Source: Gemmatimonadaceae bacterium
Lineage (GTDB): Bacteria > Gemmatimonadota > Gemmatimonadetes > Gemmatimonadales > Gemmatimonadaceae
Direction of reading: 5' to 3'
DNA: 12,663 bases
Assembly: GCA_044224875.1 (NCBI GenBank)
Contig: JBGAJQ010000090.1
Coordinates: 1 to 12,663 of the forward strand
The notes beneath the pieces are model-generated. The model was not told the origin of the DNA. It ran no database searches and saw only the letters and a list, made by a program, of their open reading frames with translations. Positions 1 to 5,835 of this stretch are shown here, piece after piece (positions within the stretch are counted from its first letter, which is position 1; each line of letters begins with the position of its first letter). The position numbers were made by a program, and so were the translations under genes.

Positions 1-30
1 TGGCGTGTCTACCAATTTCACCACTTGGGC
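1..30 (-). tRNA. tRNA-Leu-like, partial (5' 30 nt only; anticodon outside window)
   Basis: Reverse complement GCCCAAGTGGTGAAATTGGTAGACACGCCA gives an acceptor 5' strand and a D-arm with AATTGGTAGAC, typical of bacterial tRNA-Leu. Same strand as the rest of the cluster. Confidence 0.8.
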
Positions 31-115
31 TTCGACGGGGATCCAGCTCAATCGCGCGGCCGTGCGTGCACTCGCGTCCTGTTGCCGGACCTTCCGGTAC
101 TTCCTTAGACGACTA

Positions 116-189
116 CGGGGCTGACGGGGCTCGAACCCGCGACCTCCGGTGTGACAGACCGGCACTCTAACCAGCTGAGCTACAGCCCC
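116..189 (-). tRNA. tRNA-Asp(GTC)
   Basis: Acceptor GGGGCTG/CAGCCCC, discriminator G; anticodon arm CCGGT-CT-GTC-AC-ACCGG; T-loop GGTTCGAGCC. CCA not encoded. Confidence 0.97.
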
Positions 190-293
190 AACTAACTGCA
201 CCTAACGAAACATGCACGAAGATAAACGCCGGCGAAAAATCCTCACCTGCCCTTCCTATTCTTCGGGTCATCGACCGCATGACCCGCCCACAA

Positions 294-365
294 TAGCCCC
301 AAGGGGAGTCGAACCCCTCTCTGCACCTTGAAAGAGTGCCGTCCTAACCGATAGACGATGGGGCC
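294..365 (-). tRNA. tRNA-Glu(TTC)
   Basis: Acceptor GGCCCCA/TGGGGCT + A; anticodon arm GCACT-CT-TTC-AA-GGTGC; T-loop GGTTCGACTCC. CCA not encoded. Confidence 0.96.
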
Positions 366-429
366 GATCACTTCCCTGGGATGGCCACCCATCCCAAAAC
401 GCTCTGACCCAACACTTCGCAAACACCAG

Positions 430-502
430 TAGCGGTAACGGGATTCGAACCCGTGTTCCAGCCTTGAGAGGGCTGTGTCCTGGGCCCCTAGACGATACCG
501 CC
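430..502 (-). tRNA. tRNA-Glu(CTC)
   Basis: Acceptor GGCGGTA/TACCGCT + A; anticodon arm CAGCC-CT-CTC-AA-GGCTG; T-loop GGTTCGAATCC. CCA not encoded. Confidence 0.96.
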
Positions 503-572
503 ATCAACCACCGAACAACGGCCGCCACGCTTTGCGCGACCACGTCCGCCACCTGCGCATCCCCAGACCGTA

Positions 573-645
573 CAGGCCAGGAGGGACTCGAACCCCCAAC
601 CGCCGGTTTTGGAGACCGGTGCTCTACCAATTGAGCTACTGACCT
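573..645 (-). tRNA. tRNA-Trp(CCA)
   Basis: Acceptor AGGTCAG/CTGGCCT + G; anticodon arm CCGGT-CT-CCA-AA-ACCGG; T-loop GGTTCGAGTCC. CCA tail not encoded. Confidence 0.97.
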
Positions 646-700
646 ACAAACCTGGATTCCACACGGCGACTAATCGCCGGCGAAACCGCGTTCCACTCAG

Positions 701-775
701 GGTGACTGAGGGGACTTGAACCCCCAACCCCCGGAGCCACAGTCCGGTGCTCTAACCGGTTGAGCTACAGTCACC
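701..775 (-). tRNA. tRNA-His(GTG) with genomically encoded G-1
   Basis: G-1 + GTGACTG/CAGTCAC + C73; anticodon arm CCGGA-CT-GTG-GC-TCCGG; T-loop GGTTCAAGTCC. Confidence 0.97.
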
Positions 776-834
776 ATAGACGGGCCTCTTCGGCCCGCGA
801 AACCCTCGCCACCCAATCGAAGGCGAGGGGGATG

Positions 835-863
835 ATTTTAAACAGCGCCCTACGCGAAAACAA
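835..863 (-). promoter_or_regulatory. sigma70-type promoter of the tRNA cluster
   Basis: Minus strand TTGTTT (863-858), 17-nt spacer, TAAAAT (840-835), about 60 nt upstream of tRNA-His. The predicted leader holds two hairpins (803-829 and 781-797). Confidence 0.7.
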
Positions 864-961
864 CGACTCGTTCCTGCCCCTGCTTGCTCACAATGTTCGA
901 CCCGCCCGATAAAGGCGCGTTTCCTAAGGAGCAGGCGAGAACCAACTCGATGCCGTTCCCC

Positions 962-1528
962 TCAGTCCTTTGCCCGGTCCAGATACTCTCCGCTCGACGG
1001 ATTCACGCGAACGCGCTCGCCCGTCGCCAGGAACTCGGGCACGTTGATCGTCACACCGTTGTCCAGCTTCGCCGGCTTGTACGACGACGTCTTCGTGGCC
1101 GTCTTCATCACCGGTGACGTCTCGACAATCTCGAAAGTCGCCGACTGCGGAAGCTCGATGCCGATTGGCTTGCCGTCGTAGTACTCAGCGATGATCACCA
1201 TGTTCGGAACGAGCCACGGTGCGTAGTCGCCGAGCATTTCGGAGTCCATCTCCAGCTGGTCGTAGCTCTCGACGTTCATGAAGTGCCACGCATCGCCGCC
1301 GGAATACAGAAATTGCAGCTCATGCGTCTCCATCGACGCCTTCTCGATGGCGTCGTCAGCACGGAAGCGATGTTCGAAGTTCGAGCCCGTACGCAGGTTC
1401 TTCATCTTCGTCTGCACCATCGCGCGCAGGTTCCCCGGCGTGTGATGACGAAAGTCGATCACGCGGCACGGCTGGCCTTCGAACACGATGACCATGCCTC
1501 GGCGGATCTGTGTAGCTGGGACGGCCAT
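962..1528 (-). CDS. efp: Translation elongation factor P (188 aa)
   Basis: MAVPATQIRRGMVI...HTPGNLRAMVQTKMKNLRTG...FLY...FMN.ESYDQ...KPAKLDNG...VPEFL..GE...V....GEYLDRA matches the three-domain EF-P pattern. ATG 1528 chosen because a consensus promoter lies at 1582-1610. Confidence 0.96.
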   Translation of the reverse strand: MAVPATQIRRGMVIVFEGQPCRVIDFRHHTPGNLRAMVQTKMKNLRTGSNFEHRFRADDAIEKASMETHELQFLYSGGDAWHFMNVESYDQLEMDSEMLGDYAPWLVPNMVIIAEYYDGKPIGIELPQSATFEIVETSPVMKTATKTSSYKPAKLDNGVTINVPEFLATGERVRVNPSSGEYLDRAKD

Positions 1529-1581
1529 AAAGAGTTCAGTCCAAACAGAATGTGGCGAAGCGTAAAGTGAAATAGCCTTTG

Positions 1582-1610
1582 ATTTTAGCCGCTCGATGAC
1601 CACTGGTCAA
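1582..1610 (-). promoter_or_regulatory. sigma70-type promoter of efp
   Basis: Minus strand TTGACC (1610-1605), 17-nt spacer, TAAAAT (1587-1582); near consensus, 54 nt upstream of the efp ATG. Confidence 0.8.
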
Positions 1611-1636
1611 GGCGCAGGGTGAGCGGATTCCCCGCC

Positions 1637-2380
1637 CTACTTCCCGGCCACACCGTTGCCGAGCAGTGGGCCCAGCGTGCGCCAGACATTACGCGCCACA
1701 ATCTGCGCGCCCTCCACGGTGGGGTGAATGCCATCCTGCTGGTTCAATCGGGCCACGCCGGCGACCGAGTCGAGCAAGAACGGCACAAGGATGACTCCCT
1801 GTTCCTTGGCCGTCTTTGGGAATAGGTCATGAAACTGACGCGTATAGTCGCGGCCAAAGTTCGGCGGCGCCTCCATTTGAGCCAGGAGGATCGTCGTCTT
1901 TGGATAACGCGCGCGAATCTTCCCGATGGTGGCCTTTATGTTGGCCGCGGTGGAATCAGGATTCAGTCCGCGCAGACCGTCATTCGCACCCGTCTCGAGC
2001 ATCACAACGGCCGGCTGCTCGTTGAGCAACCAATCCACCCGTCGCAGTGCCCCAGCCGAGGTCTCCCCACTAAGCCCGCCGTTCACTATCTCCACGGCGT
2101 ATCCAGCGCTGTCGGCGAGCTTCTGCAGATCGGCGGGATAGGCCTGGTTCGGATCGACGCCGAGCCCCGCCGTGAGGGACGTGCCGATGATCAGCACCTT
2201 CGGGCGGTCAGACGCGCCGCCTCCACCGGCACTTGCTCCGGAAGAGTCAGCGGGCGCAACGGAGGTCGCTCCGGCCGGTGCGGCCGCCTTAGCGCCGGCC
2301 TGCGCGCGGGTATCTTTCGATTCGCCGGCGCCTGAGCAGGCGAGCGCGGCCACTCCAACCAGCACCAAACGGGTACGCAT
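1637..2380 (-). CDS. tesA: SGNH/GDSL-family arylesterase / acyl-CoA thioesterase I (TesA-like), probable lipoprotein
   Basis: Blocks I GTSLTAG, II NGGLSGETS, III GAND and V DGIHP are present. N-terminal hydrophobic segment ends ALAC, followed by an Ala/Gly/Ser linker. Divergent from a ybbA/ybbP-type ABC pair. Confidence 0.9.
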   Translation of the reverse strand: MRTRLVLVGVAALACSGAGESKDTRAQAGAKAAAPAGATSVAPADSSGASAGGGGASDRPKVLIIGTSLTAGLGVDPNQAYPADLQKLADSAGYAVEIVNGGLSGETSAGALRRVDWLLNEQPAVVMLETGANDGLRGLNPDSTAANIKATIGKIRARYPKTTILLAQMEAPPNFGRDYTRQFHDLFPKTAKEQGVILVPFLLDSVAGVARLNQQDGIHPTVEGAQIVARNVWRTLGPLLGNGVAGK

Positions 2381-3110
2381 GCTCGAGGCTCGTCAGCTCA
2401 CCAAGGAATTCGACAGCGGTACGCACCGCCTAACGGTTCTCAAAGACGTCACCTTCACGGTTCCCCAAGGGGAGTTTGTCGCCATCGTCGGCCCATCGGG
2501 GAGCGGCAAGACGACGCTGCTGGGCCTGCTCGCCGGTCTCGACATTCCCAGTCGCGGGGACGTGCTCCTGGACGGCGCGAGCCTCACCCGCATGACCGAA
2601 GACGCGCGTGCGCAACTGCGCGGTGAGAAAGTTGGGTTCGTGTTCCAGAGCTTTCAACTGATCCCGACGCTCACAGCCATCGAGAACGTGCAGGTGCCGC
2701 TCGAACTGCGCGGGGAAGCTGGCGCTTCGGAGCGGGCCGCCGAGTTGTTGCAGCGCGTGGGACTGGGCGACCGGCTGGATCACTTCCCCACACAGCTATC
2801 AGGTGGTGAACAGCAACGCGTGGCGATCGCTCGCGCCTTTGTGAATCGGCCGCGCATCCTGTTCGCCGACGAGCCCACGGGGAACCTGGATGGATCCACC
2901 GGCGCCAAGATCGTTGCGCTCCTCGAGGCGCTGAACCGTGAATCCGGATCCACAGTCGTGCTGGTGACTCATGACCTGAACCTGGCACAGCGAGCACATC
3001 GCCTGATTCGGCTTGCCGACGGCGTCGTGGTCGAGGACTCGCGGAGCTCGGCGGAACGGGACCCCGCCCTGGCGGACGAGGCGCGTAGCGTCGTGGGGGA
3101 CGCACGATGA
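2379..3110 (+). CDS. ybbA: ABC transporter ATP-binding protein, YbbA/LolD-like (243 aa)
   Basis: Walker A GPSGSGKTT, Q-loop FVFQSFQL, signature LSGGEQQR, Walker B/D-loop ILFADEPTGNLD, H-loop VTHD. Family-like sequence starts at ATG 2379 (MLEARQLTK). Confidence 0.93.
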   Translation: MLEARQLTKEFDSGTHRLTVLKDVTFTVPQGEFVAIVGPSGSGKTTLLGLLAGLDIPSRGDVLLDGASLTRMTEDARAQLRGEKVGFVFQSFQLIPTLTAIENVQVPLELRGEAGASERAAELLQRVGLGDRLDHFPTQLSGGEQQRVAIARAFVNRPRILFADEPTGNLDGSTGAKIVALLEALNRESGSTVVLVTHDLNLAQRAHRLIRLADGVVVEDSRSSAERDPALADEARSVVGDAR

Positions 3111-3220
3111 GCCGACGACGGCGAGCCTTCGGCAGCGCCATACGCGGGGCGCGGGGCGATCAGCGGACGGTGGCAGCAACCACCGGACGCGCGTGCGCCC
3201 TCGTGAGGAGTGGACGATGA
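3107..3220 (+). CDS. Putative 37-aa Arg-rich small ORF bridging ATPase and permease
   Basis: MSRRRRAFGSAIRGARGDQRTVAATTGRACALVRSGR*. ATGA overlap with the ATPase stop (3107-3110) and with the permease start (3217-3220). No recognisable homology. Confidence 0.3.
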   Translation: MSRRRRAFGSAIRGARGDQRTVAATTGRACALVRSGR

Positions 3221-5784
3221 GCGGCGACACGAGTACGGTTCGTCGCCCGTCATTACTCGGCCTCGCGTGGCGCGAGTCCCGCACCACGCGCCGGCGGCTC
3301 CTGCTCTACATGTCGTCCATATCGTTAGGCGTGGCCGCATTGGTGGGGATCGACTCCTACGCCGGCAACATCAACGACTCGGTGCGTGAGCAGTCGCGCT
3401 CCCTGGTCGGGGGTGACGTCACCTTCGGATCGCGTGGCAAGTGGAAGGCGTCCACCGACTCGCTCTTCACGCGGCTGGGCGCGCAGGGGGTCACCGTGGC
3501 CAAGGTGACGACCTTCGGGTCGATGGCCCTTGTGCCCCGCACGGCCACTACACGCATGGCGCAAGTTCGGGCGGTGACCGCGACCTATCCACTCTATGGC
3601 GCGGTGACGACCAATCCACCGGACCAGTGGAGCAAGTTGTCGGGGGGAATGCACGCGATCGTCGACCCGGCCCTGCTGATTGCCCTCAATGCGAAGGTCG
3701 GCGACACATTATCGTTAGGCTACGCGCGTTTTGCGATCATCGCGGCGGCGACAGAGGTCCCGGGGGACCCCGGCATGGCCTCGGTCATCGGGCCTCGCGT
3801 GTTCATTCCCGAAGCGTCGATCGACTCGACCAAGTTGCTGGTGTTCGGCAGTCGCGCCGAGTACGACGCGTACGCGCGACTTCGCAGTGGGACGCCTGAG
3901 GACTTGTTGGCCAGCATCAAGCCCACGCTGGACCGGGATTCGGTGCGGGCACGCACCTTGAGTGAGCGTCAGACAGGCATCACCTCGGACATCGACGACC
4001 TGTCCAACTACCTCGGGATCGTCGGCGTGATTGCGCTGTTGCTGGGTGGTGTTGGCGTGGCCAGCGGCGTACACGCATGGGTGCGGCGCAAGATCGACTC
4101 GGTGGCGGTGCTCCGTTGCCTGGGTGCCACCAGTCGTCAGGTGCTCGTCATTTATGCCACGCAGGCCGCGGCGATGGGCTTTGCCGGAGCGGCCATCGGT
4201 GCCGCGTTAGGCATCGTCATCCAGTATGCCCTCCCGCTGGTGGCGCGCGACTTCCTGCCGGTGGACGTACACGTTCGGCTGGTTCCAAGCGCCCTGGCGA
4301 TCGGCATGGGACTGGGCGTGTGGATCGCGCTGGCATTCGCGCTGCGGCCGCTGCTGGCGCTCCGGCGGGTGTCGCCATTGCAGGCCATTCGCCGCGACAC
4401 CAGTGGCGCGACCATGGGGCGTGCACTGAAGGATCCAGCGACACTGGCCGTGAACGTGCTGCTCGCCGCCAGCGTGATTGGCGTATCGGCGTCGCGGTCG
4501 CAATCGCCCAGCGAAGTCTTCGGCTTCAGCGCGAGTATCGCGGCGGTCATCGGGTTGCTGGCCCTCAGCGCGGGGGCCCTGTCGCGATTGGCTCGTCGAC
4601 TGGCGAGAGGGCGTCTCACGTACGTGGTACGGCAGGGGATCGCCAACCTGCACCGGCCGGCCAACCAGACGCGCTCGGTGGTGTTGTCGTTAGGCTTCGG
4701 CGCATTTCTCATGAGTACGTTGTACCTGGTGCAGGCGAACCTGCTCAAGCAGTTTCAGGTGGCGCAGGAGTCGTCACGCGCCAATCTGGTGTTGTTCGAC
4801 GTGCAGGACGACCAGGTCGCCGGACTCGACTCCATCGTTCGAGCGTCGGGGAGCGAGCTGCTGGAGCGAGTGCCTATCGTGACGATGCGAGTGGCGGCGC
4901 TGAATCATCAGCCGGTTGGGCCAATGATCGCCGACACCACGCGCCGCCGGGAGACGTGGCCCCTTCGCCGGGAATATCGGTCGAGTTTTCGAGGGGAACT
5001 GACAGGCTCTGAACGACTGGTCGCTGGCCGCTGGTTTGGTGCGACCCCGGCGGCTCCCGGCACCAAGGTGTTTGAGCTGTCGCTGGAGGAAGAGATCGCA
5101 GCCGAGATGGGTGTCACCATCGGAGACACCGTCACCTGGAATGTGCAAGGCAAGATGGTCGACACCCGGCTGACGAGCATCCGCGCGGTGAACTGGGCAC
5201 GCTTTGAAACGAACTTCTTCGCGATCTTTCAGCCCGGTGCGTTGGACGATGCGCCGAAGATGTGGGTGTCATTGGTGCGCGCTACCGGAGACAGCACGAT
5301 CGCGCACGTGCAGCGTGACGCGGTGATCCGGTATCCCAATGTGGCATCGATCGACCTCACCTTGGTGCGACGGACGATTGCGGGGATTGCCGACCGGGCG
5401 ACGTTGGCAATCCGATTCCTGGCGATCTTTTCGCTGGCGATGGGGGTGCCCGTGCTGTTCAGCGCCGTCGCGGCGACGCGGCGCGAGCGCGTGCGCGAAG
5501 GGGTGCTCCTGAAGGTGCTGGGCGCCACGCGGCGCCAGATCGGCCGTATCCTGCTATCCGAGTACGTGGCCCTCGGGCTGTTAGGCAGTGTGGCGGGGAT
5601 GGTGCTCTCGTTCGGTGGCGCGTACGGGATCATGCACTGGGTGTTCAAGCGTCCCTTTGACCCGGCGGCCGGCGCGGCCCTGGTCATTGCCGCGGCGACG
5701 TTGTTGCTGACGGTGTCGATCGGCGTCTTGAGCGGGCGTGACGTGTTCAACGAGACGCCGATGGGGGCGCTGCGGGAGGTATAG
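3217..5784 (+). CDS. ybbP: ABC transporter permease, YbbP/FtsX-type with two permease halves (855 aa)
   Basis: LAWRESR...SISLGVAALVGI N-terminus; two FtsX motifs (AVLRCLGATSRQV and VLLKVLGATRRQI); many TM segments. RBS GAGGAG at 3205-3210 precedes ATG 3217. Confidence 0.92.
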   Translation: MSGDTSTVRRPSLLGLAWRESRTTRRRLLLYMSSISLGVAALVGIDSYAGNINDSVREQSRSLVGGDVTFGSRGKWKASTDSLFTRLGAQGVTVAKVTTFGSMALVPRTATTRMAQVRAVTATYPLYGAVTTNPPDQWSKLSGGMHAIVDPALLIALNAKVGDTLSLGYARFAIIAAATEVPGDPGMASVIGPRVFIPEASIDSTKLLVFGSRAEYDAYARLRSGTPEDLLASIKPTLDRDSVRARTLSERQTGITSDIDDLSNYLGIVGVIALLLGGVGVASGVHAWVRRKIDSVAVLRCLGATSRQVLVIYATQAAAMGFAGAAIGAALGIVIQYALPLVARDFLPVDVHVRLVPSALAIGMGLGVWIALAFALRPLLALRRVSPLQAIRRDTSGATMGRALKDPATLAVNVLLAASVIGVSASRSQSPSEVFGFSASIAAVIGLLALSAGALSRLARRLARGRLTYVVRQGIANLHRPANQTRSVVLSLGFGAFLMSTLYLVQANLLKQFQVAQESSRANLVLFDVQDDQVAGLDSIVRASGSELLERVPIVTMRVAALNHQPVGPMIADTTRRRETWPLRREYRSSFRGELTGSERLVAGRWFGATPAAPGTKVFELSLEEEIAAEMGVTIGDTVTWNVQGKMVDTRLTSIRAVNWARFETNFFAIFQPGALDDAPKMWVSLVRATGDSTIAHVQRDAVIRYPNVASIDLTLVRRTIAGIADRATLAIRFLAIFSLAMGVPVLFSAVAATRRERVREGVLLKVLGATRRQIGRILLSEYVALGLLGSVAGMVLSFGGAYGIMHWVFKRPFDPAAGAALVIAAATLLLTVSIGVLSGRDVFNETPMGALREV

Positions 5785-5835
5785 GACACGTGGCGGCTCG
5801 CGGTGGCACCCGAGCACCGACGGTCTAGGCGGCAG

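Noticed and set aside
268..630. 120-aa minus-strand ORF
   Set aside because: It runs through three tRNA genes; spurious.
1..961. Prophage or island integration at the tRNA cluster
   Set aside because: No integrase, transposase or duplicated tRNA 3' end seen in the window.
1529..1603. 25-aa N-terminal extension of EF-P in the ORF track
   Set aside because: It overlaps the consensus efp promoter and has no EF-P-like sequence.
2172..2378. 69-aa N-terminal extension of the ABC ATPase
   Set aside because: It is the antisense of the tesA 5' region; ATPase-like sequence begins at ATG 2379.
3013..3216. 68-aa N-terminal extension of the permease
   Set aside because: It overlaps the ATPase 3' end; a good RBS and family-typical N-terminus support ATG 3217.
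5785..5835. Bidirectional terminator between the convergent permease and lipoprotein genes
   Set aside because: Only a weak bulged hairpin (GCTCG/CGAGC) and no U-tract on either strand.
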